Part shown: piece by piece, positions 19,444-28,865 of the stretch | How the letters are laid out: the number at the start of each line of letters is the position of its first letter | Position numbering within the stretch: the stretch's first letter is position 1 | Origin: an uncultured Candidatus Peribacteria bacterium | GTDB taxonomy: Bacteria > Patescibacteriota > Gracilibacteria > Peribacterales > Peribacteraceae | Assembly: GCA_964554435.1 (NCBI GenBank) | Contig: CAZKOO010000003.1 | Coordinates: 5,252-69,251, forward strand | Length of the DNA: 64,000 nt | Direction of reading: 5' to 3' | Made by a program: the position numbers and the translations under genes | The notes under the pieces: generated by a model | Seen by the model: only the letters and a program-made list of their open reading frames with translations | The model's database searches: none | What the model was told of the DNA's origin: nothing

Positions 19444-20601
19444 CTATGCAACATTCTTTTGAAGCTCTTCAAGACGTGTGCACTTTTCCCATGCAATGTC
19501 CAAATCTTCTCGTCCCATGTGCCCGTACGCTGCCACTTGGCGATACTGTGGTTTGAGGAGATCTAAGTCGCGGATGATGCTTGCAGGGCGAAGATCAAAT
19601 GTTTTGGAGACAGCATCTTCAAGCACGCGATCGGACACAGTCCCTGTACCAAACGTATCCACGCGAAGCGACACAGGAGCGGCAACACCAATGGCGTAGG
19701 CAATCTGCACTTCGCACTTCTTTGCGAACCCTGCTTTTACGATGTGCTTGGCTACCCAGCGTGCGGCGTACGCTGCACTGCGATCGACTTTGCTTGGGTC
19801 TTTTCCGGAGAATGCACCACCACCATGGCGGCTGTATCCACCGTAGGTATCCACAATGATCTTGCGACCAGTCAGCCCACAGTCCCCTGGAGGCCCACCA
19901 ATGACGAAGCGACCTGTGGGGTTGATGTGATAGATGGTTTTTGCGTCGAGGTAGTCGCCACAAATCGGTTCGATGACGTGTTTTTTGATGTCTGCACAAA
20001 TCTGTTCATGCCCTACATCTTCTGCGTGTTGTGTCGAAAGAACAACAGTGTGGATGCGCTGTGGCACTCCATCATCGCTATATTCAACGGTGACTTGGCT
20101 TTTGCCATCGGGTCGCAAATATGGAAGCTCGCCCGACTTACGAACAGTCGACAGTTTGTGTGTGAGTTTGTGTGCAAGACTGATGGGAAGTGGCATGAGC
20201 TCTGGTGTTTCGTCGCACGCAAAACCAAACATCAACCCTTGATCCCCCGCTCCTTGTTCTTTGGTTGCAGTCTTCTCTGCCTCCACTCCTTGGTTGATAT
20301 CGGGGCTTTGCTCTCCTACACACACCATCACCGCACATGCCTTGTGATCGAAGCCAAAAATGCCATCGTTGTAGCCAATTTCTTCAATGGTTTTTCGAGC
20401 CACTTCTGCCATGGGGATGTACGTATTGGTGGTAATTTCTCCTGCAATGACGACGAGTCCTGTGGTCGCAAGACACTCACACGCAACGTGTGCCTTTGGG
20501 TCATTTGCAAGGGCATAGTCGAGCACTGCATCGCTAATTTGATCGCAGAGCTTATCGGGGTGACCCTCGGTAACGGATTCGGAAGTGAAGAAAGAGGACA
20601 T
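19444..20601 (-). CDS. metK: S-adenosylmethionine synthetase
   Basis: [62 protein letters not shown]. Confidence 0.97.
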   Translation of the reverse strand: MSSFFTSESVTEGHPDKLCDQISDAVLDYALANDPKAHVACECLATTGLVVIAGEITTNTYIPMAEVARKTIEEIGYNDGIFGFDHKACAVMVCVGEQSPDINQGVEAEKTATKEQGAGDQGLMFGFACDETPELMPLPISLAHKLTHKLSTVRKSGELPYLRPDGKSQVTVEYSDDGVPQRIHTVVLSTQHAEDVGHEQICADIKKHVIEPICGDYLDAKTIYHINPTGRFVIGGPPGDCGLTGRKIIVDTYGGYSRHGGGAFSGKDPSKVDRSAAYAARWVAKHIVKAGFAKKCEVQIAYAIGVAAPVSLRVDTFGTGTVSDRVLEDAVSKTFDLRPASIIRDLDLLKPQYRQVAAYGHMGREDLDIAWEKCTRLEELQKNVA

Positions 20602-20628
20602 GGGGATGAGTGGGTAGTGGGGAGTAAT

Positions 20629-20645
20629 TAGTTGTTAGTGGGTAG
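20629..20645 (-). repeat. dispersed 17-nt intergenic motif (variant CTACCCACTAACAACTA on minus strand)
   Basis: The plus strand reads TAGTTGTTAGTGGGTAG. Sense to metK, 27 nt upstream of its ATG. Followed by an AGCTATTAGCTATTAGCT low-complexity tract. Confidence 0.7.
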
Positions 20646-20963
20646 TGGCAGTTAGCTATTAGCTATTAGCTTGTAGCGATCAGTAAGTAATAAATCTGAA
20701 CGCAGGGGGAAGAGGACACACTAGGGTAACAAAAGAGAAATCTTACAAGAAAAACCTTTCGACATCTGAGAGAGGAAAGAAATGCTTATTCACTATCTCT
20801 CCCAAATGATTGGGCTGGAGGAACCACCATTTCACGCGGGAAGGGTTGGTAGATGCGTTGTGACGAGCCAGATCTCGATTCCGCATCATTCTGGATAGAC
20901 GATGATGTGCACTCACTATACTCCGTTTTTCCGTGATGCAAATATTGACTTTTAGAAGAAAAT

Positions 20964-21317
20964 ATGAATAATGATAGTATGTCACAAAATAGAAGAGTAT
21001 CCCTCACAATATTAAGTGATGGAGAAAGTCAACTTGTCATGACCACCCAGTCAGCTAATCATACTGGAACAGTAGCAATTACAATGGGTGACAAAAGAAT
21101 GTTTTCGATAGCAAGAGTCGATAATATTTGCGAAGTAACAGAAGCATCATTACGACTTATACTTAACGAAATATTAACAAAAATTACAGACGATGATTCT
21201 ATGGTCGATTTTATAGAAGCAATGAATGATAAGGAGGCACAAAGAAAATGGGGAGCATTCTTAAGACAAATAGCACAAAAATTTGAAAATAATGAACTAG
21301 GATTAGAATCAGAATAA
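20964..21317 (+). CDS. hypothetical protein (AT-rich gene)
   Basis: 117-aa ORF with an ATG start and no recognisable motifs. Composition is noticeably more AT-rich than its neighbours. Confidence 0.45.
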   Translation: MNNDSMSQNRRVSLTILSDGESQLVMTTQSANHTGTVAITMGDKRMFSIARVDNICEVTEASLRLILNEILTKITDDDSMVDFIEAMNDKEAQRKWGAFLRQIAQKFENNELGLESE

Positions 21318-21344
21318 CAACGATTTTTTTAAAAACTCTGATGT

Positions 21345-21863
21345 CTATGCATTGAATACAGTTTGCGGTATTTCTCGAACACCATACCCATGTCCTGTGT
21401 ATGCGAACCATTTCATCAAACCCTCACGATCGATCGTGAGTGTTGCTGTGTTCACCATGGGATGAAAACGAAATTGCCCAATAGTCCATGCATCTTCGTC
21501 GATGATCACTTCCAAGATATGATCGGTGTCGTGCATTAAGCCAAATGGAGTGACGGACCCTGGAGTCACGCCTAATAACTTCATCATCACCTCTTCTGAG
21601 GCAAAGCTAAAGCTCTGCACACCGTACTGTTTTGCGAGTGCTTTGGTATCCACCTTCTTATCGTGCATTACAATGAGAAGAAGATGCTTGTCGTGCTTCT
21701 TCGAACGAAGAAGAAGTTGCTTCGTATGTGCGCCTGGAATGTCGATGTCGAGCCCTTCTGATTCATGGCAATGAAACACGGCTTTGTGAGTGTACTCTGT
21801 AAAAGGAATGCCAAGAGTGGTGAGAAGGGAGTGGAGAATGGTTGAAGTATAGCAAATACTCAA
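21345..21863 (-). CDS. YbaK/ProX-type aminoacyl-tRNA editing (deacylase) domain protein
   Basis: PGAHTKQLLLRSKK..LLLIVMHDKKVDTKALAKQYG...SFASEEVMMKLLGVTPGSVTPFGL...FHPMVNTAT is typical of prolyl-tRNA-synthetase-associated trans-editing proteins. Confidence 0.8.
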   Translation of the reverse strand: MSICYTSTILHSLLTTLGIPFTEYTHKAVFHCHESEGLDIDIPGAHTKQLLLRSKKHDKHLLLIVMHDKKVDTKALAKQYGVQSFSFASEEVMMKLLGVTPGSVTPFGLMHDTDHILEVIIDEDAWTIGQFRFHPMVNTATLTIDREGLMKWFAYTGHGYGVREIPQTVFNA

Positions 21864-21876
21864 AATCCTAGAAGCA

Positions 21877-21900
21877 AATCACTTGCAATTGCAAGTGATT
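21877..21900. promoter_or_regulatory. perfect 24-bp palindrome (operator-like) between divergent genes
   Basis: AATCACTTGCAA|TTGCAAGTGATT lies in the 90-nt spacer between the ProX-like gene (minus) and zwf (plus). Confidence 0.5.
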
Positions 21901-21953
21901 GGTAAAAACAAAAATCATTGTTCATTCCACTCTGTTCATTCTATGATAAGAGT

Positions 21954-23393
21954 ATGCAAAGCGCATCACTTCCGTTCTCGTTCATCCTCTTCGGCGCATC
22001 GGGACACCTCGCACGCATTAAGATTTTCCCTGCGCTCTACTTTCTCGCACTCAAAAAACGCTTTCCAGAACACTACGCAATCGTTGGATACGCGAGAACA
22101 TCGCTCTCTCATGAAGAATTCCGCGCAATCATTCGAGATTCCATTCAAAGCTATGTGCCTGAAGTGAATGAAGGCGTGCTCGCAGAACTCCTCAAGCACT
22201 GCCACTACCACAGTGGGCAGTACGATCGAACGGACGATTTCAAGGCGCTTGCAACCCTGCTCCAGTCACTCGAAAATGGACAACCAAATGTCGTGCGCTT
22301 AGCCTATCTTTCCATTCCTCCAAGTGCATTTTCAGCAACTATTGAAAATCTCTGCAAAGGAGGCGTACACACGCATGGCGCACCATTTCGCTTACTCCTC
22401 GAAAAGCCAGTCGGCACTGATGAGACGTCGTGCGAAGCCATCTTTCAAAAAATGAATGGCTGTTTTTCAGAGGATGACATCTACATTCTCGACCACTATC
22501 TTGGCAAGGAAGCAGTGCGCAACGTGTACTACTTGCGTCACGCCAACCCCATCATCGAACGACTCCTCAAGCACACACTCATTACAAACATCCAAATTAG
22601 CGCGATGGAAACCGATGGGCTCGAAGGACGCGCAGGCTACTTTGACTCAGTTGGAACACTACGCGACATGGTGCAGAGTCATCTGCTAGAAATTGCAGCA
22701 CTGCTCACTATGCGACTGTGCGACACCATTGGTGGCATAAAATCAGCGCGCTTAAGTGCACTGAAAGATCTGTTTATTCCAGAAAAAAACAGTACACCAA
22801 TTGTGCAAGGGCAGTATGAAAAAGGGATGGTTGGCAAGCAGAATGTACAAGGATATCGTGAGGAAGAAGGTGTGAGTGAGCACTCACGCACGCCAACATT
22901 TGTCGCACTTGAGGTGCAAACAAAGGCCGAACGCTTCATGGGTGTACCCATCTTCCTTCGTTCAGGAAAACGATTGAAGACAAAAGAAACGCGTATTTCC
23001 ATTGAATTCCGAGAGTCCCCTACGCTCATTGGAAAGAATGAAAATCGCAATCGTCTTGACATTATTTTACAAGGTGAAGCTGGCATGAAGCTTCATCTAC
23101 AAACAAAAATTGGAGGACGAGAACCACAATTTAGACCACTGATCATGGAAGATCCACTCGTGTGCATGGGCGACTGTCTCATTGAACACAGTCTTCTCCT
23201 CCTCGAAGCCATCAATGGCAATAAAGAATGGTTCTTAGATGAAGAAGAAGTGAGAACGTGCTGGAAGCTCATCGATCCACTCCAACGCTCTCTCGATGAT
23301 CCTTCAGCACCTCTTGCAATGTACAATGCAGGAACAACTGGTCCACAAGAAGCAGATCAATACATCGAAGAAAGGGGCTATCAGTGGCTGTAA
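21954..23393 (+). CDS. zwf: glucose-6-phosphate 1-dehydrogenase
   Basis: FILFGASGHLARIKIFPALY is the NADP-binding motif and DHYLGKEAVRN is the active-site motif. I prefer ATG 21954 to the track's TTG 21918. Confidence 0.93.
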   Translation: MQSASLPFSFILFGASGHLARIKIFPALYFLALKKRFPEHYAIVGYARTSLSHEEFRAIIRDSIQSYVPEVNEGVLAELLKHCHYHSGQYDRTDDFKALATLLQSLENGQPNVVRLAYLSIPPSAFSATIENLCKGGVHTHGAPFRLLLEKPVGTDETSCEAIFQKMNGCFSEDDIYILDHYLGKEAVRNVYYLRHANPIIERLLKHTLITNIQISAMETDGLEGRAGYFDSVGTLRDMVQSHLLEIAALLTMRLCDTIGGIKSARLSALKDLFIPEKNSTPIVQGQYEKGMVGKQNVQGYREEEGVSEHSRTPTFVALEVQTKAERFMGVPIFLRSGKRLKTKETRISIEFRESPTLIGKNENRNRLDIILQGEAGMKLHLQTKIGGREPQFRPLIMEDPLVCMGDCLIEHSLLLLEAINGNKEWFLDEEEVRTCWKLIDPLQRSLDDPSAPLAMYNAGTTGPQEADQYIEERGYQWL

Positions 23394-23397
23394 AAAA

Positions 23398-24636
23398 CTA
23401 CTTCTGCTCAAGAAGAACCTGTACTGCCTTTTCCATTTGAGGATCTTTCCCTTCTTTCATTTGCTCGAGAGTGCGGTCAAGAAGAATGTCAGGAGTCACG
23501 CCCTTCTTGCTCAAATCATGACCAGCGGGAGTGAGCCAACGCGCAACAGTCACACGCAAGCTCGATCCTCCTGAGAGTTCCAACACTTCCTGCACTGTTC
23601 CTTTGCCAAAAGTTTGTGTGCCGATGATGGTTGCGCGCTTCTGGTCTTGCAGTGCTCCTGCTGTAATTTCCGAGGCACTCGCAGAGCCACCATTGACGAG
23701 AACGACAAGAGGACGAGTTGGTTCAAGCGGATGCCCAGACACAAGATGTGACTCAGGTGGCACATTGCGACGCTCAACCGTCACCACCTTTCCGCTCTGA
23801 AGAAACATCGACACAATATCAACAGCACCCTCGAGGTATCCACCACCATTGAAACGCAAATCGAGAATAATTCCCTTTGTTTTTGGAGTGATGTTTTCAA
23901 GGGCAGTACGAACACCATCAACGGTATCATCACCAAATTGATTCACAATCACAACTAATACATCACCTCTCGAATCGGACACTGTTTTTGTTTCAACGCT
24001 CGGAATGTGAATGCTCTCACGAGACACTGTTTTTTGTACAAGTGGACCAGAACCAAGATGGAGAATGCCAAGAGTCACGGACGTATTCTTCGGACCACGA
24101 ATTTTGCTCACAACCTCTTCAAGCGAGAGGCCTGCAACCGATGTACCGTTGACTTCAGCAATCACATCCTTTGGTGTAAGACCTGCACGCTCCGCAGGAG
24201 AACCCTTCAGAGGAGCGACGACCACAACTTTCCCATTGGAAAAATCGAGCTGAGCACCAATGCCCTCAAGCGTTCCACTCAAGGAATCTTGAAACATTTT
24301 TGAATCAGTTGGAGTCATGAAGAGTGTGTACGGATCGCCAAGAGATGCCACCAAACCAGTAATAGCACCATAGGTCATTTTCTGAATAGTCATTGCCTCA
24401 GGATGCACATAGCGCTTCTGTAAGAGCTTCCACACTTGCCAAAAAAGCGTCATGTTTACCTCTTGTTCTGGATCTTGTACAACCAGCTTTCCACTTCCCG
24501 ATTGCTTAAGCGACTCCTCAAGAACAGTAGAGTTGTTCCGAAGGAGAAGATCTTGATAGCGCGTGCCAAGGTGAAAGCCAATGGCAAGCGTAAGAAGAAG
24601 TAAAACGATGTACGATGCAATACGAAATGGTTTCAT
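23398..24636 (-). CDS. carboxyl-terminal processing protease (S41 family) with PDZ domain
   Basis: GIILDLRFNGGGYL and NGGSASASEI are catalytic-region motifs. PDZ region: GKVVVVAPLKGSPAERAGLTPKDVI. I prefer ATG 24636 (MKPFRIASYIVLLLL). Confidence 0.9.
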   Translation of the reverse strand: MKPFRIASYIVLLLLTLAIGFHLGTRYQDLLLRNNSTVLEESLKQSGSGKLVVQDPEQEVNMTLFWQVWKLLQKRYVHPEAMTIQKMTYGAITGLVASLGDPYTLFMTPTDSKMFQDSLSGTLEGIGAQLDFSNGKVVVVAPLKGSPAERAGLTPKDVIAEVNGTSVAGLSLEEVVSKIRGPKNTSVTLGILHLGSGPLVQKTVSRESIHIPSVETKTVSDSRGDVLVVIVNQFGDDTVDGVRTALENITPKTKGIILDLRFNGGGYLEGAVDIVSMFLQSGKVVTVERRNVPPESHLVSGHPLEPTRPLVVLVNGGSASASEITAGALQDQKRATIIGTQTFGKGTVQEVLELSGGSSLRVTVARWLTPAGHDLSKKGVTPDILLDRTLEQMKEGKDPQMEKAVQVLLEQK

Positions 24637-24741
24637 AGGAGATGTGTAGCGTATACTATATTGCAAGTGAAAAGACGACAAACTCCCCCTTCTGCCAAGT
24701 CAAAGAAAGCACCTTCACAAAAGGTGACATCGAAGCAGATC

Positions 24742-25287
24742 ATGCCAACAGTGCATCGTTGGATGAGCATTGCTGATCTTGTAGATGTGCACCCAGATGT
24801 TGGTGACATCCTTGCACTCTACGGACTCCACTGTATTGGATGTGCTTTTAGTGGATCGGACACACTGGAAGATGGCGCACTTCTCCATGGTCTCACCGAT
24901 GATGACATCGACAACATCCTCATCGATATCAATGATCTATTAGAAAATAAAAAAGCAGATGGAACGTCATCTTTTCTTACAATCACTCTTACAGAAGCTG
25001 GCGCAAAAGCACTGGAGGCATTGGTAGAAAAAACACTGGAACCACCTTTTCTTCTGGCTATTCACATTGATGATGAACAGAAGTTTTTCTTAGAACCAAT
25101 AACAGAGTGTCCTTCGAACTACCAAACCTTCTCTCATGCTCTTGTGCCACATCTTTCAGTTGCAATCGAAGACGCTCTGCTACGACGCATTCACGGTGGA
25201 ACCATTGACTTCCGTGACGGAAGACTGAAATTGGATCTTCCAAAAAAAGAAAACTGTTGTAAGAAAAAGAAGGAAGACGTACTCTAA
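24742..25287 (+). CDS. DUF1858-type (hybrid-cluster-protein-associated redox disulfide) domain protein with IscA/HesB-like C-terminal half lacking the Cys ligands
   Basis: MSIADLVDVHPDVGDILALYGLHCIGCAFSGSDTLEDGALLHGL is the CxxC redox motif. The C-terminal half, ITLTEAGAKALEAL...GGTIDF, resembles the IscA fold. Start chosen at ATG 24742. Confidence 0.55.
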   Translation: MPTVHRWMSIADLVDVHPDVGDILALYGLHCIGCAFSGSDTLEDGALLHGLTDDDIDNILIDINDLLENKKADGTSSFLTITLTEAGAKALEALVEKTLEPPFLLAIHIDDEQKFFLEPITECPSNYQTFSHALVPHLSVAIEDALLRRIHGGTIDFRDGRLKLDLPKKENCCKKKKEDVL

Positions 25288-25297
25288 CAATCAATCT

Positions 25298-25846
25298 ATG
25301 CATCTGCCACTCTCTCTCCAAAAAAAACTAAGCATCCTCTTCCCAGAGCAAAAAGAACGCGATGCATTCATCATCGAAACAATCGAAAAAGCCATAGAAC
25401 ACAACACGTCATCAAACGCTGAAACGAACATCGTAGTAGGGGGAACTCTTCATCTTTTTTCTGATGGAGGCTCGCGCGGAAACCCCGGTCGTGCTGCCAT
25501 TGGCTGTGTGCTGATCGATCCGCACACAGGAACCATTCTCAAAGAACATGGCGTAACCATTGGCATTGAAACAAACAACATCGCAGAGTACAAAGCACTC
25601 ATTGAGGGGTTACGCATAGCGCAGAACTATCACCCTAATGCGCTCATCTGCCACCTCGACTCTGAGCTTGTCGTGAAGCAACTCAAAGGAGAATACAAAG
25701 TAAAGATGCCGTCCTTTCAACCACTCATTGCCGAAATTGTGACACTCTGCAAGCACTTTCCTTCAGTGTCATTTGTGGCAATCCCCCGCGCTCGCAACAG
25801 CCACGCCGATCGCCTCGTGAACGAAGCATTGGATGGGAGGAGGTAG
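25298..25846 (+). CDS. RNase H (type 1, RVT_3-like) with N-terminal extension
   Basis: LFSDGGSRGNPGRAAIGCVL, ETNNIAEYKALIEGL, LDSELVVKQLKGEYKVK, PRARNSHADRLVNEAL. Confidence 0.85.
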   Translation: MHLPLSLQKKLSILFPEQKERDAFIIETIEKAIEHNTSSNAETNIVVGGTLHLFSDGGSRGNPGRAAIGCVLIDPHTGTILKEHGVTIGIETNNIAEYKALIEGLRIAQNYHPNALICHLDSELVVKQLKGEYKVKMPSFQPLIAEIVTLCKHFPSVSFVAIPRARNSHADRLVNEALDGRR

Positions 25847-25932
25847 GAAAGAAAAAAATCCATGCTATTGTTGTTGTATTAATCTTTCAGAAAATCCTCT
25901 TGCGTAAACCTAGCACTGCAACCTAACAAATC

Positions 25933-25960
25933 TTGACCTAAATGCCAAATAGCGTACGAT
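25933..25960 (+). promoter_or_regulatory. candidate promoter TTGACC-16-TACGAT placed for a leaderless transcript
   Basis: The -10 ends 6 nt before ATG 25967. Confidence 0.3.
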
Positions 25961-25966
25961 TTATTT

Positions 25967-26869
25967 ATGTTAAAAAAAGATGAGTATTTAAAGGCTTTTA
26001 ATCTAGAGGGTTACAGAAAAATTTCAAATATGGACGATCCTTATGTTGGAGTTTCTCTTATTATTGATCATGACAAAAGGCTTATTCAAAAGCTTAAATT
26101 ACGAGATGAGAAATGGATTGCTTTAATCAATGTGTATCTAGAAAAGAATTGGACAAAAACCCAAGATAATATGAAATCTATCCATGGAAGAGTTGTGTTA
26201 ACAATTGATAGTAATGATAATCAATATTTAATGATAGATAAAAGAAAATTTGGGGCAAACATTCCAATCGATATATATTCAAAAGATGAATATTTCTTTG
26301 ATATAAACACAAATAAATTTTATAAATGTTCAAGTGAAATCACATTCAAAAACATCGTAGACGAACTCTTTAACCTCCATCTAAAGACAACTAAGCCTAT
26401 TTCTGGCTTTATTCTAAGGTTAAAAATAATGCTATTTAATTTTTTAGAACAATCTACATTATTCCTAGCCAAATTCATTGCTTTTATATGCTACATACTT
26501 TTTGGAGAAAAAGTTCCATATGATTTTTTCTCTGAATACATGCAAAAAAAAGATATAACAGAACCAACTCCAATCAAGAAAAGTAAAAAAATAAGTATTT
26601 TCGGTTATGAAGCTTCTGTGCATTTGATATCGTTTTTTTGCCTATGCCACTTGATCATATTTGTTTCTGCTCAATTTTATCAATGGAATAATCCAATAAT
26701 CATATCTATTTTTAATAACAACTTTTTAACTCTAGCATATTCAATATTGGTTTTATATATACTCGAAGAATACATGCACCCATCCCTAAAAGGGGTATTA
26801 AAATGGCTTATTTCAATTGCAAGAAATCTACATGAGAAATTGGAAGGAAAAGAAATAAAAATTTCCTAA
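25967..26869 (+). CDS. hypothetical membrane protein, strongly AT-rich gene
   Basis: 300 aa with Lys/Asn/Ile-rich codon usage, visibly different from its neighbours. Several hydrophobic helices in the C-terminal half (FLAKFIAFICYILF, LISFFCLCHLIIFV, LTLAYSILVLYIL). Confidence 0.55.
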   Translation: MLKKDEYLKAFNLEGYRKISNMDDPYVGVSLIIDHDKRLIQKLKLRDEKWIALINVYLEKNWTKTQDNMKSIHGRVVLTIDSNDNQYLMIDKRKFGANIPIDIYSKDEYFFDINTNKFYKCSSEITFKNIVDELFNLHLKTTKPISGFILRLKIMLFNFLEQSTLFLAKFIAFICYILFGEKVPYDFFSEYMQKKDITEPTPIKKSKKISIFGYEASVHLISFFCLCHLIIFVSAQFYQWNNPIIISIFNNNFLTLAYSILVLYILEEYMHPSLKGVLKWLISIARNLHEKLEGKEIKIS

Positions 26870-26916
26870 AACAATCTTCTTCATCATTCCCCTCTTTTCC
26901 TGCTACACTCTCTCAT

Positions 26917-28185
26917 GTGAAGCGCTCTTGGCAATTCATCGGCATTGCACTCCTCAGCACCGTGCCTCACTTAGCATATGCCATGCCAGCAAGCATCACC
27001 TACCAAAGCGGGCATTTTGCATGGACCATTTCCACACAAAAAATTCAGGCACAGAGCCTGAGCGAGGAAGAAGTGTGGCTTTTTCGAGGGGTGGAGGCAA
27101 TTCCAAAAACACCAGTGACGGAAGGGGTGGACGAAGGGTGGACGAAGGTAAAAAGACAGCGAAAAGATCGGAAGAACATTGTTGCGCTTCTTGAGAAAGA
27201 AATTGCAAGCTCGTTCAACCGTACACCAGGACGAGTGACCATTGGACGAACGGCATCGGGAGGCATTGCCTTCTCAGGCGCAGGCTTACTCGGACGCACA
27301 GTCAACACCAATCTCCTTGCGCAAATGACAGAAAGAGCGATGGAACAAAATGTTGAGTTTATTGAACTTCCTGTCGAGTTTCATCAACCTTCTATTACAA
27401 TCGAAGATGCGTCATTACGGGAAAAAGGGATTCAAGAAGTACTCGCAGTAGGAGAGTCATCCTTCACAGGATCGCCAAAAAATCGACGACATAACATCCG
27501 TGTTGGCATCGATCATTTCAATGGACACATCATCCCTCAAGGCGAAACATTTTCGTTCGTGAAAATACTCGGACCCGTCAATGCAACAACAGGCTACAAA
27601 AAAGAACTTGTCATTCAAGGTGACAAGACCATCCCTGACTTTGGCGGAGGGCTGTGCCAAGTGAGTTCCACAGCCTACCGTGGAGCGTGGGAATATGGCC
27701 TGCCCATCATCAAACGAAAAAACCATAGCTACGCTGTAGGGTACTACAGCCCACAAGGAACCGACGCAACCATCTACCCTCCCAATGTTGACTTGCAATT
27801 CAAGAACGACACAGCAGGAGACATTCTCATTCAGAGTTTTATCGATGAAAAAGATCGTGCATATTTCATCTACTACGGCACACGAGATCATCGTCGTGTA
27901 TCGCTCTTTGGCCCGTTCGTTTCACGCGTGACACCTGCGCCAAAAGAGGAAAAAATTGTCTATTCCACAGACCTTGCGCCAGGCGAAAGAAGGAAGAATG
28001 GAGAACGACACGACGGAAAAGATGTAACGTGGTATCGCGAAGTGCAGGGCAGTCCAACACTGCCAGTAAAAATTGAAACAGTCTTCTCGTCGTACGAAGC
28101 ACGACCACTCTTCTACGAAATTGGCGTCACGCCAGAAGAAATGTCGGCACTCACGGAGGAGCACGTCAAGGTACAGCCTAATTGA
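26917..28185 (+). CDS. VanW family protein
   Basis: GETFSFVKILGPVNATTGYKKELVI.GDK..PDFGGGLCQVSSTAYRGAWEYGLPIIKRKNHSY is the VanW core. GTG start with a signal peptide. Confidence 0.88.
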   Translation: MKRSWQFIGIALLSTVPHLAYAMPASITYQSGHFAWTISTQKIQAQSLSEEEVWLFRGVEAIPKTPVTEGVDEGWTKVKRQRKDRKNIVALLEKEIASSFNRTPGRVTIGRTASGGIAFSGAGLLGRTVNTNLLAQMTERAMEQNVEFIELPVEFHQPSITIEDASLREKGIQEVLAVGESSFTGSPKNRRHNIRVGIDHFNGHIIPQGETFSFVKILGPVNATTGYKKELVIQGDKTIPDFGGGLCQVSSTAYRGAWEYGLPIIKRKNHSYAVGYYSPQGTDATIYPPNVDLQFKNDTAGDILIQSFIDEKDRAYFIYYGTRDHRRVSLFGPFVSRVTPAPKEEKIVYSTDLAPGERRKNGERHDGKDVTWYREVQGSPTLPVKIETVFSSYEARPLFYEIGVTPEEMSALTEEHVKVQPN

Positions 28186-28865
28186 TGATGGAGAAAGAAG
28201 GAACTCAACTCTTCAAGCTCTTTCTGCGCACGCACACTCATATGTAAAAACTCTCGCGCAGATTGCTTTGCAATCCCTCGAACAATGGACACTGTTTCAG
28301 GAGAAAGTGATGGATGAGAGTGATGATCTTCTCGAATGCAAAAACCTCCCTGCTCTCGATGAAAAGAGATGGGCATGTGTGGCTCAAGAACGCTATTGGA
28401 AATGCAACACCGATCAACGGATGGAGCAAGACCAAGTGCGGTAATGTACTGCAATGCAAAGATGGTCGGCACAGAGAGGGTTGATGAATCATTGTAGAGT
28501 GATAGTGCTTCTTCGAGTAACACATACACCTCAGGCAATGGAGATCGCTCTTCTGTGGTTTTCAAGATCATCTCAATCATTTGATAGCTACGACTAAATT
28601 TTTCAGGAGAAAGCCACACATTCGTCCACGGAGTAGTATCGACTGCTTCACATACACGCATGCCAGAACCATGCTCTTCAAGCGTGACAGAGACGCGATG
28701 AAGCGCAAGAAGCCCACGACAATGACGACTCTTTGTAGTCCGTGCACCATGCACACGAGCGGACACTCGCCCCATTGTTTTTGTAAGAAGAAGGCAGAAG
28801 CGATCTGTTTCTCCGACATTGAATGTACGAAGCACAATGGCGTCATCACTATATTTTCTTGCCAT
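28113..28865 (-). CDS. recO: DNA repair protein RecO
   Basis: MARKYSDDAIVLRTFNVGETDRFCLLLTKTMGRVSARVHGARTTKSR is a RecO N-terminal OB fold. ATG 28865 chosen. The 3' end overlaps the convergent VanW gene by 73 nt. Confidence 0.8.
   Translation of the reverse strand: MARKYSDDAIVLRTFNVGETDRFCLLLTKTMGRVSARVHGARTTKSRHCRGLLALHRVSVTLEEHGSGMRVCEAVDTTPWTNVWLSPEKFSRSYQMIEMILKTTEERSPLPEVYVLLEEALSLYNDSSTLSVPTIFALQYITALGLAPSVDRCCISNSVLEPHMPISFHREQGGFCIREDHHSHPSLSPETVSIVRGIAKQSAREFLHMSVRAQKELEELSSFFLHHQLGCTLTCSSVSADISSGVTPIS

Noticed and set aside
19744-20631. 295-aa plus-strand ORF
   Set aside because: It is fully antisense to metK, whose identity is unambiguous. No motifs were seen in the antisense product.
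20602-20760. SAM riboswitch upstream of metK
   Set aside because: I read the minus strand for the SAM-I core (CUUAUCAAGAG...GGUGCUAA...AGAUAAG) and found nothing similar. The leader is instead the G-poor low-complexity tract with the 17-nt motif. Other SAM riboswitch classes cannot be excluded by eye.
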